Assembly: GCF_006345805.1 (NCBI RefSeq)
Contig: NC_043003.1
Location: 62,001 to 126,000 of the forward strand
Origin: Octopus sinensis
Taxonomy: Eukaryota
Length of the DNA: 64,000 nt
Reading direction: 5' to 3'
A program made the position numbers and the translations under genes. Below the pieces are notes generated by a model, which saw nothing but the letters and a program-made list of their open reading frames with translations, made no database searches and was not told where the DNA came from. This document shows positions 52,001-64,000 of this stretch, in pieces; the first letter of the stretch is position 1, and every line of letters begins with the position of its first letter.

Positions 52001-53130
52001 CTCCACCTTATTTCTTGCATGCAACATATATCCACACATCTCCGTTCAAGCATCTCGACTATCTCACCAGACCTACCTTTCAGAGTGCTAACGTTGAGGG
52101 TGCCAACCCTGAGGGTGTGGGAGGCATGGGCTCTAGAGACCCTGGGACGGTGGACAGTAGCTTCGTGTACCTGAAAAGAAAGCTCGCATTTGGCAGAATT
52201 CATGTGCAAGAAATGAAGTAGTAAAGTAGCCTTCAGTACAACCTGCATAACGCTAGCCTTTCATATTTTACACTGTATGAACATTACCTTACATAGGTCG
52301 AGACTAGGGGTAGTGAGGGGTAGGGATGATGAGAGCATTTGCAGTCTTCATGGGAAGCAACCCCGGAATGGCAAAGAATAGGAACTTCCGGCATGTGTGG
52401 TGGGGGTGGGAGGGCGGGTGCACCGTAGGCTAGTAAGGTTCTGTAAAATCGGAGCTAGCAAATGGGTTTGAAAAATCAGGGTGGCAAGACTAAACGAAAA
52501 AAATGTTTGAGCTAGACAGGGTAATGAGGGAATACTGAAAGAATGAGGAACAATACAATGAGATGGAAATTGAAGAATAGTGGAAGAATAGTGAAAGAAT
52601 AAAGATAAGTGCAAGATAGAAGGTAGTCGTAGCGAGGTTGAACAATTCACTTAGCTTTAGCCAATCATGATCTGTGCGTATTTCGTCTTTAGATATTTTG
52701 AAGCGAGTGGGGTTAACGATAATGCGATCGCTCTTTTATATATGGCGATGATGGTTATGGAAGGGGGGGGCATAGAGAGACCTAGGGAGAGAGATATGGC
52801 GATGATGGTTATGGGAAGAGGGGGACATAGAGAAACAGGGAGAGAGATAGGGTTAGTTAGAGAGAGAGGTCAAGGAACACGTGGCGATAAAGCGGTGTGA
52901 GGAAATTTGACTAGGGACGGCATTGTCGATAATAAACATTGATAAATAGGTTTGAAAATCAACATTATCGATAAATAGGTTTGAAAATCAGAAAAATCAG
53001 AGGGAATAATAATCATTATTGATAACTACTATAACATCGTGGCTTAGTAAGGTTAGTAAGGTTCTGTAAAATCGGAGCTAGCAAATGGGTTTGAAAAATC
53101 AGGGTGGCAAGACTAAACGAAAAAAAATGT
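49025..53130 (-). mobile_element. Near-full-length RTE-clade LINE (APE endonuclease + RT), frameshifted
   Basis: LRVGTLNVSTLKGRSGEIVEML..QEIRWRG (APE), AFVDMEKAFDRVPR, VHQGSVLSP, LYADD, RLRWYGHV; single-ORF layout with long 5' region; 3' end runs into an assembly gap. Confidence 0.93.
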
Positions 53131-53630
53131 ATATATATATGTGTATATGTATATATATATGTGTATATGTATATATATATATGTGTATATGTATATATAT
53201 ATATGTGTATAAGTATATATATATATGTGTATAAGTATATATATATGTGTATATATATATGTGTATATATATATGTGTATATATATATATATATGTGTGT
53301 ATATATATATGTGTATGTGTATATATATATGTGTATATAATATGTGTATATGTATATATATATGTGTATATGTATATATATATGTGTATATGTATATATA
53401 TATGTATATATATATATGTGTATATATATGTGTGTATATATATATATATGTGTATGTGTATATATATATGTGTATATGTATATATATGTGTATATGTATA
53501 TATATATATGTGTATATGTATATATATATGTGTGTATATGTATATATATATGTGTGTATATGTATATATATATGTGTATATGTATATATATATGTATATA
53601 TATATGTGTATATATATGTATATATGTATA
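53128..53630. repeat. Compound (TA)n/(TG)n microsatellite
   Basis: Direct inspection. Confidence 0.97.
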
Positions 53631-54362
53631 TCATCATCGTCATCGTTTAACGTCCGCTTTCCATGCTTGCATGGGTTGGACGGTTCAACTGGGGTCTGGG
53701 GAGCCCGAAGGCTGCACCAGGCCAGTCAGATCTGGCAGTGTTTCTACAGCTGGATGCCCTTCCTAATGCCAACCACTCCGAGAGTGTAGTGGGTGATTTT
53801 ATGTGCCACCGGCACTGGTACCACAAAGATACAAATTCCATTGTTCATCTATTTTGATTTGGTTTGATTTTCACTTGCCTCAACAGGTCTTCACAAGTGT
53901 CACAAGAAGGAAGGTATGCACAGGTGGACTGACTACGTCCCAGGTAGGGGCCACGGGTTATGGCCTCACTAGTCTTGCCGGGTCTTCTCACGCACAGCAT
54001 ACTTCCATAGGTCTTGGTCTCTAGTCATTTCCTTGGTGAGACCTAAAGTTCGAAGGTCGTGCTTCACCACCTCGTCCCAGGTTTTCCTGGGTCTACCTCT
54101 TCCACAGGTTCCTTCAACTGCTAGGGTGTAGCACTTTTGCACACAACTATCTTCAGCCATTCTCGTCACATGACCATACCAGCGCAGCCGTCTCTCTTGC
54201 ACACCAAACTGATGCTTCTTAGGTTCAACTTTTCTCTCAAGGTACTTACACTCTGTCGATTATGAACACTGACGTTAAACAACATCCATCGGAGCATACT
54301 GGCTTCATTTCTTGCGAGCTTACGCATATCCTCAGCCGTCACGACCCATGTTTCACTACCAT
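53631..54362 (-). mobile_element. RTE-clade LINE 3' fragment
   Basis: RRLRWYGHV..KTWDEVVKHDL C-terminus, 3' UTR and (GAT)n tail. Confidence 0.9.
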
Positions 54363-54366
54363 GTAT

Positions 54367-54411
<45 letters not shown>

Positions 54412-54420
54412 TCAAATATA

Positions 54421-56846
54421 TGTATCAGACTGCAAGAAGGGAAGCTAGGAGGCAGGTGTATTTAGCCAGAGGGGAAGCAGATAAGAAAAAATTTGCCAAT
54501 GTTCTGCGCCGTGAGGACCAAAGACTGGAGGTGTTTCGTGTTGCAAGACAGTGTGTGAGAGAGAATCGTGATGTGGTAGGAGAGAAGTGTGTTCGCAAGG
54601 ATGACGGTTCACTTGCGCTAAATGAGGATGCAAAGAGAGAGGTTTGGAGACGCCACTATGAAAGGTTGCCGAGGAAAATGAATGGGATAAAGAGAGTCTG
54701 CCGAATGTCGACCCAACAGAGGGACCAGCAATCCGAGTTGACAGTTCCTTAGTAGTTAAGGCAATTACACGCATGAAGACAGAGAAAGCCCCAGGCCCAT
54801 CAGGAATCACTGCAGAGATGCTCAAAATATCTGGTAGTGTCGGCTATAGCCTAGTCACCCGTATAGTTAACCAGGTGATACACGAAAGAGTCCTACCCAA
54901 TGACTGGTGTAGCAGCATACTAGTCAACTGCTACAAAGGTAAAGGTGATGCCCTAGATACAAATAATTACAGAGGTATCAAGCTGTTGGATCAGGTAATG
55001 AAGGCTACGGAGAGGGTCATAGCCCAACTAATTAGAGAGAGAATTAGTTTAGATGAGATGCAGCTTGGGTTCGTGCCAGAGAAAAGTACCACTGATGCTA
55101 TATTCCTGGTAAGACAGCTGCAGGAGAAATACCTAGCCAAAGATAAGCCCCTATACCTGGCTTTTGTCGATATGGAGAAAGCCTTCGACAGGGTCCCCCG
55201 ATCCCTCATCTGGTGGTCAATGAGGAAACTAGGGATAGATGAATGGTTAGTGAGAGCTGTACAAGCCATGTACAGAGATGCTGCTAGTAAGGTGAGGGTT
55301 GGCATTGAATACACTAAAGAATTCAGGATAGAGGTTGGGGTCCACCAAGGTTCAGTCCTCAGTCCTCCAGGCAATAATGGAAGAATTCAAGACAGGATGC
55401 CCCTGGGAGCTCCTCTATGCTGATGACCTTGCTCTAATTGCTGAGTCTCTATCAGAACTGGAGGAGAAGTTCCAGGTGTGGAAGCAAGGTTTAGAATCGA
55501 AGGGCCTTAGGGTCAATCTAGCTAAAACCAAAGTCCTAATAAGTAGGAAGGTAGACCAATCACAAACGCCTTCAGGTAGATGGCCCTGCTCGATCTGTAG
55601 AAAAGGTGTAGGTAGAAACTCTATAAGATGCACCAAGTGTAAGCTATGGACACATAAGAGATGTAGTAATGTCAAAGGAAGACTAACTAGGAAAATAGTT
55701 TTTGTATGTGGCAGATGCTCAGGAGCGATAAACACTGAAAATGCGCAGAGACCAACTTCTGCCACTTTCCAGGGAGAAAAACTAGAAATAGTTGATAGGT
55801 TCCGTTACCTAGGTGACCAAGTCAGTAGCGGGGGCGGGTGTGCTGAAAGTGTAACTGCTAGAATAAGAATAGCTTGGGCAAAGTTCAGAGAGCTCTTACC
55901 TCTGCTGGTGACAAAAGGCCTCTTGCTCAGAGTAAAAGGCAGACTGTATGATGCATGTGTACGAACAGCCATGCTACATGGCAGTGAAACATGGGCCGTG
56001 ACTGCTGAGGACATGCGTAAGCTCGCGAGAAATGAAGCCAGTATGCTCCGATGGATGTGTAATGTCAGTGTGCATGCTTGACAGAGCGTTAGTACCCTGA
56101 GAGAAATGTTGGACCTAAGGAGCATCAGTTGTGGTGTGCATGAGAGACGATTGCGCTGGTATGGTCATGTGGCGAGAATGGATGAAGATAGGTGTGTGAA
56201 AAAGTGCCAATCCCTAGCAGTGGAGGGAACCCGTGGAAGAGGTAGACCCAAGAAAACTTGGGACGAGGTGGTGAAGCACGACCTTCGAACTTTAGGCTTC
56301 ACTGAGGAAATGACCAGCGACTGAGACCTTTGGAAATATGCTGTGCGTGAAAAGACCAGGCAGGACAAGTGAGTCCAGCCCACTTATGCATGCCTTTCCT
56401 CATCCGACGACAGGCACCTATGCCAACCCCCCTTTGCTTGCGAAGACCTGTTGGGGCAAGTGAAATCGGAATCGAAATTGAACCAATCCTATGACTGGCA
56501 CCCAGCAGATGCCAGGACCCCTGGACTGGAGATACGTAAAAAGCACTATCTGAATCGTGGCCGATGCCAGCGCCGCCTCGACTGGCTTCCGTGCAGGTGG
56601 CACGTAAAATGCACCAATCCGACCGTGGCCGATGCCAGCCTCGCCTGGCACCAGTGCAGGTGGCACGTAAAAAGCACCCACTACACTCACGGAGTGGTTG
56701 GCGTTAGAAAGGGCATCCAGCTGTAGAAACATTGCCAGATAAGACCGGAGACTGGTGCAGCCTTCTGGCTTCCCAGATCCCCGGTCGAACCGTCCAACCC
56801 ATGCTAGCATGGAAAACGGACGTTAAATGATGACGATGATGATGAT
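54421..56846 (+). mobile_element. RTE-clade LINE, 5'-truncated
   Basis: RT ORFs 54773-55423 and 55335-56081 (frameshift), 3' UTR, (GAT)n tail. Confidence 0.93.
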
Positions 56847-57364
56847 ATATATACACACACTTTAGTCAAAGACTTATTATTTACAGTAAATAAACCTTTG
56901 AAATAGAGTTGTAAGTTTCATCAGTCAGTCAAATAAGCTGTTGCACACATTTACACATGTAGAGGTATATGGCTTAATGGTTAGGGTCATGGACTCCGGA
57001 TTGCAAGATTCTGATTTCGATTCCTGGATAAGGCAGTGCATTGTATTCTTGAGCAAAACACTTTGTTGCTTCAGTCCATTCAGCCGGTGGAAATAGTCAT
57101 GTGACTGACTGGCATACCATCTAGGGAGAAATATGTCAGAGAAACCAGAAAACTGACCCTTTGCCCCTTACAGAGTAGGGTGGACTAACCATCACACACT
57201 TATGTACAGCATTGATTCATGTCCTGTCATTGTGGTGGGGGTGTTGGGAAGCTAAGCAAGAGGACATTGTCATCGACCGAAGTCTGCCACGAGGAATAGA
57301 AAACCAAACTTCTTGATTGCTGTTTACTACAAATCAGCTTTATTTTAATTTTTGTAAGATATTA

Positions 57365-57715
57365 ATCTTTCTATTTTACTTGTTTCACTCATTGGACTGT
57401 GGCCATGCGGGAGCATTGCCTTGTTGGGTTTTAATCAAACAAATTGATTCCAGTACTTATTTCATAGTCTGATCCCAATTCTGTTGGTCCGTTTTGCCAA
57501 ACTGCTAAGTTACGGGGACAAACCAAAACCAATTGTCAAACAGTGGTGAGGGGATACACACATATACAATGGGATTCCACACAGTTTCCATCTGTCAAAA
57601 TCTGCTCACTAGGCTTTGGTCAGCCTAGGGCTATAGTATGGTGCCATACAGTGAGATTGAACCCACAACCATATGACTGGAAATCAAACATTTTTTTATC
57701 CACCCATCCAAACCG
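57365..57715 (-). mobile_element. SINE family 2, diverged
   Basis: Homology to other copies. Confidence 0.7.
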
Positions 57716-58215
57716 ATGCTTATGATTGTGTGTTGGAGTCGACAGAGTTGGTCATTAGTGAATATTGTTTGTTTCTTACCTGTTTTTTATGTTTATTTAC
57801 AAATGTGAGCAAAAATCTGCCATATTTGCTATTGGAATGCTGTTCAAAAGTGGATGTCTTCTTTAGCCATTGCAGTAATTGGGAAAGTTGGTCAGATGAC
57901 AATTCCAGCTGTAAATAACAAAGGAATTTGCTAACAGTCATTTACAAAACCTTTCCCTAATAAAAAGCACTCTGTAAAGTGGTTGGCATCAGGAAGGGCA
58001 TCCAGCCACAGATGCCTTGCCAAAACTGACCACTGAACCTGGGGCCTTGCCAGCTCTGGTCAAACCGTCCAACCCATGCCAGCATGGAGAACGGATGTTA
58101 AATGATTATGATGATGAATTCAATAAATCTTTGCTAGATTATGGTTGCAGCTCTGCGTCAGCTAAATTCTACCTGATGCATGATCACATGACTCCGTGTA
58201 GTTAGCTGTATTTTT

Positions 58216-58600
58216 TTTCTTTTAACTGTTTCAGTCATTTGACTGTGGCCATGCTGGAGCATTGTCTTTAGTCGAACAAATCAACCCTAAGACTTATTCT
58301 TTTTAAGCCCAGTTCTTGTTCTATCAATCTCTTTTGCCAAACCGCTAAGTTATGGGGGCATAAACACACCAGCATTGGTTGTCAAGCGATGATGGGGGGA
58401 ACAAACACAGACACACAAACATATATATATATACACAACGGGCTTCTTTCAGTTTCCGTCTACCAAATCCACTCACAAGGCTTTGGTCAGCCTGAGACTA
58501 TAGCAGAAGACACTTGCCCAAGGTGCCACGCAGTGGGACTGAACCTTGCTTACCATGTGGTTGGGAAGCAAGCTACTTACCACACGACCACTTCTGCGCC
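58216..58600 (-). mobile_element. SINE family 2
   Basis: Homology to other copies. Confidence 0.82.
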
Positions 58601-59036
58601 TTGATTTTTTTTTTTATTATGTGAGGGGAAAAAAAAATTAATAAATAATTAGAGAAAAATTAGAAGCAATAACTTAACGCCAGCACTTGTTTCATCATTT
58701 ATTGTTGACTTGGATCAGAAAGAATTTGCTGAGGCAAAGTTTCTGCAGCTGGATGCCCTTCCTTGTTACCAACGAAGGTCAAACATGTTTGACCTTGGTG
58801 GAAGATTGGACCCAAATGGTATTGCTTGTATAACTGGTGCTCATTAATCATTATATAGTGACAAGGGTACCCAGAAACACACATGGTAGGCTTCCACACA
58901 GTTTTTATCTACCAAATCCACTCACAGCATTGGTCAGCTGAAGGCTATAGTAAATTCTTGTCCAAGGTACCAATTCAAATAACTGTTGCATTTGATTGTC
59001 TTTCTCTACTGATGCAGAAATGAAAGGAGATCACGT

Positions 59037-59042
59037 TTTATT
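59037..59042 (-). promoter_or_regulatory. Candidate polyadenylation signal of the minus-strand gene
   Basis: AATAAA on the minus strand about 45 nt after the TAG. Confidence 0.6.
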
Positions 59043-59087
59043 GAATGCGAATTCATTATGTTTAGGACCTGTAAAAACTCAACCAAA

Positions 59088-61578
59088 CTAGTGGACCCCC
59101 TGGGAAATGATTTCATTTAGATTCATCAGTCTGCTGTGAAAGAGAGAGATGTATATTGTGTTGCAAGGGCAGTGAGCTGGCAGGCTTGTTACCATGCTGG
59201 ACAAGATACTTAGGAGTATTTCGTCTTTGTCAAGGTTGACTTTGCCTTTCATCCTGTTGGGTGGGGGTCAATAAATTACCAGCTGAGTTGATGTAATCGA
59301 TTTCCTCCAGAATTGCTGGCCTTGTGCCAAAATTTGAAAGTGAATTTGTTCACATTCAGACTTTAAAAGATTGAAACATTGCGGAACCCTTCCTTCCTCA
59401 AAAAAAAAAACAACAAAAGTGCTCGAACCATTGTTAACTGTACTTTTAATAGCACCAAAGTACACTTTGTGAATGGAGCATTGGACAAAGTACCCAAGTA
59501 ACATGTCTTCTGGCTCTTTATGTTTCAAATTCTGCTGAGTTCTACTTTTCGTTTTGTTGCTGTGTCAGTGTCATCATCTTGCCTCCTACACTGAAAATTG
59601 CAGGCCTTGTGCCAAAAATTTGAAACAAATTGTTTTGTCTCTTAAAACGATACAAGTGAATACAAATGTTGAAATTTATAAGATCTTTTCTCTCAATGTC
59701 AGCGAGAAGAATGCATAAGTGCAGGAGTGGCTGTGTGGTAAGTAGCTTGCTTACCAACCACATGGTTCCAGGTTCAGTCCCATGGCATAGCACCTTGGGC
59801 AAGTGTCTTCTACTATAGCCTCGGGCCGACCAAAGCTTTGTGAGTGGATTTGGTAGGGGGAAACCGAAAGAAGCCCGTCGTGTATATGTATGTGCCTGTT
59901 TGTCCCCCCCACCCAACACCGCTTGACAACCGATGCTGGTGTGTTTATGTCCCCATCACTTAGCGGTTTGGCAAAAGAGACCGATAGAATAAGTACTAGG
60001 CTTACAAAGAATAAGTCCTGGGGTCGATTTGTTCGACTAAAGGCGGTGCTCCAGCATGGCCACAGTCAAATGACTGAAACAAGTAAAGAGAGAGTTTTTT
60101 TTTTTTAAATAAAAGTAATTACCTTTCCATCTAGAATATTCTCTAGCAATAACAGGATTCCAGGTTCAATGCTGGGACAACTCTTGGACAGCTGCCTGCA
60201 GAGTAAATGTGTTAAAGACAATTCTTCAATGAGTCTTTATGCAATGGCCAGGACAAGACATATACAGGTGCTCTTATAAAATGGTTGGTGTAAGGAAGGG
60301 CATCTAGCTGTGGAATATATGAGTAGATGGGGTCCCTGACTTGTTTAAGAGAGCACTTACTTTGAATAAGAACCAGCTTGGACTGTGATGACTCATTCAA
60401 CCCATGCCAGCATCGTAAATCAAATGTAAATGATGAACTAATAAACAGACGAAGGATTTGATTTAGGAGACAAGGGGACAAAACTAAATACCATAAATAA
60501 TAAAGAGAGCATTAGGGAATTTCATGTAATTAGTCAAGAAATATTAATTAAAAAATTGAAGTGAAGAGGATAAAGATTGACATGGCTGTGTGCAATACCT
60601 GTTAGGAGTGGTGGTCATTTGACTTAGCGGTTAGTGTCCTACAGTCTTGTCCAACCTCTTAAGGAGAAGGAAATACTAAATACAAAACATTAATTTGGTA
60701 AAACTTACTCAAGGAGGTAGAGTCTGGTGTTAGAAGTGAAAGCATCCTTATTGACAATAGTTAACAGCTTGGCTTGAGGTAAATCTGAAAATGAAGGACA
60801 GAAGGAGTTTGCAGTGAACTACGAGCTTTCACAAATGATTTTCAGGAGGTGCATTTACTGCAGTATGTCAGTGTGCAATGAGAGGTGGTTGAGTGCACCA
60901 CAAAAATTATAAAATACATAGAAACATTATTATTTCTAAATCTCTCAAAGAGAGACACTCAGTAACAGTACCTTAAAGTAAAGACTATTTGCCAACATAA
61001 TGTGGCTGTCCTGGATAGGACGAATGTTATTGTTGTTTAGCCCCGGGAACCGTTTCAAGCTGGCTGTACAACACAATATCTGTGTCCCTATATCTTTAAA
61101 CAGGAGCTCAGCTGTTCGAAAATATATGGACACTGGATGGGACGCATGTTATGGTTGTTGAACCCCAGCTGTGTACTTATATTTTTGAACAGGGGAGCTC
61201 AGCTGTTTGAAAATAGGACATTATGTTTCCTGGGGCTGAACAACAGTAACATTCGCCCCATCCATGACTGCCACTTTGTGTTGGCAAATAGTCTTTGCTA
61301 TAAAATACATTTTTTAAAATGTGTAAAATATCAATTGAAATTTAAAATCCAGGGTAAAGTCTTGGTAGAAAGGTTTCATCTATTGAATAAATTACCCCAT
61401 TTACTAGTATATAAATCACACCCCTAATTTAGTGTTAATTCTTGGTACAAAATGTTTTCCTTTCACAGTCACAACTTGCCTCATGCATAAATCACACCCT
61501 GGGATTTTTTTCAGTTAAAAACCAAGGATAAAACAGCGCAACTTATACATGAGTAAACACAATGTGTATGTATGTATG

Positions 61579-61611
<33 letters not shown>

Positions 61612-63612
61612 TATATATATGTATATATATATACACATACAGTTGAAACATTCCTGTCACAACCCGGGACCTTGAAGACTGCTTAAATGCAAGAAAGTAT
61701 ACTAGTCCCTTAATGTTTGATATTCAATAAGACAATACTTTATTTCATTTTACTATATATATATTATTTATACTATATATTCTATATTCTACATTAATAT
61801 TATAAAGAATATAAATAAAACATAAAAAACAGAGTTGGAATTCCTTTGAATAATATATATCCCTCTATACACAATCATACAAACCCCTTTATATATATAT
61901 ATATACGTGTGTGTATATATCTAATAAGACCTTTGAGTGAACAAAATGGAAATTGTTATGTCAAAATGGTTTTTAAGAAACTTTGTTGCAACCAGCATTA
62001 ACAGGCTTCAGGGTGCAAGGCAAAGCAGAAACGTGGCTGCAAATACACACCCTGCACTCACCTGTAATCCTCATACTTACAAGAGGTGTGGGCTTCTTTT
62101 TTGCAAATCGTTGCCAGGACTTAAATGTCACATTCAACATAAGCATTGTGACTGACAAAGAAAGAATAGGTTGTTGGATGTTCATACGTTGAAACCAACA
62201 CACATTGGAGTTTGCTGCTTGTCAGTTCCTTGTCAAACTGTCCAATCCATGTCAGCATGGAAAGTGAACATCAAATGATCATGATTATGATCATAGGCAC
62301 AGAAGAGACTGTGTGGTAAGTAGCTTGATTACCAACCTCATGGTTCCGGGTTCAGTCACACTGTGTAGCACCTTGGGCAAGTGTCTTCTATAGCCTCGGG
62401 CTGACCAAAGCCTTGTGAGTGGATTTGGTAGCCAGAAACTGAAAGAAGTCTGTCATATATATACGTATGTGTGTGTGTGTCCCCTCACCATCGCTTGACA
62501 ACCGATGCTGGTGTGCTTACGTCCCCGTAACTTAGCGGTTCAGCAAAAGAGACCAATAGAATAAGTAGAAGTCTTATAAAGAATGAGTCCCTGGAGATTA
62601 CATCAGGGTAGGAGAGTGTGCGCCCTCTGGTATTGCGAGTAGATGGCTTCCAGAGGAGAAGAGTAGAAATTGCCTCGTTTTCAGCTCTACAACAATGTCC
62701 AGCAAACTGGACTCTCCTACCTTTCACAAGAGATGACACAGGTGGTAGATTCCCATATATTTGCATTTTGGTTGGATGGCGCTTCCATGAGAGATTTTGA
62801 GCTCTCAAAGAGGACAAGAGTATATACTCACCCATAAGTTGTGCTCATGTATCAATTGCACCCCAACTTCTTCAGTTGAAATCCAGCATGAACAAGTGCA
62901 ACACAGACAAGTAAATATGGTATTTAATTCTTTTATACTTCAGGTTATTTATATTTTGTTGGCTAGAACATATAAATACCCACTCACCCAGCCCCAACTT
63001 CAAAAGAAGGCAAAATGCTTAATTAGATCTCGTCAGGTCAAAGTGCTTAATTAGATTTGCGACACAAGTCACAAGACTTCAGTTCCATGCTTTAAACTGC
63101 TCTAGTATCTGAGGTTTATCATTTGTTTCAGTTGATGCACAGTGGTCATGCTGGGGCACCACCTTGTAGAGTTTACTCAAAGAAACTGACCACAGTACTC
63201 CTTTTAAAGTCTGTTACTCATTCTGTCACTTTTGCTGAACCGCTAAGTCAAGGAGATATAAACATGCCAACACTGGTTGTCAAACAAGCACACACACACA
63301 CACGCGCATGCAGATGATGGGTTTCCACAAATAAAGTTCACTCACAAGGTATTAGCCAGCCCATGGCCTATTATAGGAAACACTTGCCCAAGGATGGAAC
63401 CCGAGGTCCCGCACAACAGGATGGAATCCAAAATTATGAGGTTGGAAAGTGAGCTTCTTGGTTCTACAGAAAGAAAAATCAAATTTACCAATTTTTTTGT
63501 TCTTTGCACAGGGAATTAAGACTCCATCCACAAATGGCTTTGGGAATTGTTGACTAAAGGTCACAACTGCAGAGACTAAGAGCCTAGAATTTTGCTTGGA
63601 CTGCACCACAAA
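59088..63612 (-). CDS. Unidentified protein-coding gene, last four coding exons (63489-63612, 62062-62151, 60709-60784, 59088-59133)
   Basis: Pyrimidine-rich acceptors (ttttgcctttgtag, ttctttctttgtcag, ttcattttcag, tctctttcacag) and donors gtaaat, gtgagt, gtaagt. Phases 0-1-1-2 join into FVVQSKQNSRLLVSAVVTFSQQFPKPFVDGVLIPCAKNKKIVTMLMLNVTFKSWQRFAKKKPTPLVSMRITDLPQAKLLTIVNKDAFTSNTRLYLLDRLMNLNEIISQGVH*. Family not recognised. Confidence 0.75.
59720..60094 (+). mobile_element. SINE family 2, well preserved
   Basis: Homology to other copies; many CpGs retained. Confidence 0.88.
60977..61299. mobile_element. Older, diverged family B-like palindromic element
   Basis: Termini AAAGACTATTTGCCAACA / TGTTGGCAAATAGTCTTT match family B ends; no hammerhead core retained. 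Confidence 0.55.
62590..62822 (-). mobile_element. LINE ORF2 C-terminal fragment (RTE-X-like)
   Basis: QNLSWKRHPTKMQIYGNLPPVSSLVKGRRVQFAGHC..LLLWKP..RGR. Confidence 0.7.
63117..63470 (-). mobile_element. SINE family 2, diverged
   Basis: Homology to other copies. Confidence 0.65.
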
Positions 63613-64000
63613 CTACAAAGGCAAAATAAATAAATAAATAATGAAAAGAATACAAATTTCCCATTAGTTTCGTTTGTAGCTTTGGTTACTTTGGTGCATT
63701 GAAGTATTTAACATTTAAAGGAATTTTACAAATAGGGTCCAGGGTAAGTTTTTGAGACATTTTTAGGAAAAATATGCATCTGATATGCCATCAAATAAAG
63801 TATTTATACTGAGAACTACTTCCACCTATTTTGGACAAGTAAAGAATAAAGTGTCCCATAACCTACTCAGCTGTTTGGAACTAAACTGAAGACTTTATAG
63901 AATATAATGAAGGCAACTTTCAGATAAAAAGTTCCTGACATTAATGCTAATATTTACAGCTAAGTGAACTGAGTCTGCAAGAATTAAATGTTTTGGTTAC

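Noticed and set aside
53631-56846. Single twin-primed LINE inversion
   Set aside because: Both parts contain the same 3' region and their own tails, indicating two insertions.
62832-62962. Additional exon of the minus-strand gene
   Set aside because: Good donor, but the only open frame ends in phase 0 whereas the next exon needs phase 1; 63489-63612 already joins correctly.
63867-63974. Further upstream exon of the minus-strand gene
   Set aside because: All three frames contain stops between the candidate splice sites.

Overview
AT-rich, repeat-dense animal DNA. The SINE/LINE families and long (TA)n tracts point to an octopus-type cephalopod genome (inference). The + strand carries 22 coding exons (7603-45896) of SETDB1/eggless, an H3K9 methyltransferase. 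They join into one frame of 875 codons plus stop (Tudor, MBD, pre-SET, split SET, post-SET); the 5' exons were not found in the window. A second, unidentified gene converges from the minus strand, with its last four coding exons at 63612-59088 and an AATAAA. Introns and the 13-kb convergent intergenic gap hold RTE-clade LINE copies (one nearly full length), tRNA-derived SINEs, MITEs, a solo LTR with a 4-bp TSD, 23-, 37- and ~62-bp minisatellites and large microsatellites. The most notable observation is two families of palindromic non-coding elements in SETDB1 introns whose arms fold as minimal type I hammerhead ribozymes of the Penelope-like-element/retrozyme kind. One family has a tRNA-derived Pol III head. 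The other reconstructs as a ~350-nt circularly permuted monomer. No genomic ribozyme copy is fully intact, so activity is inferred from consensus reconstruction.
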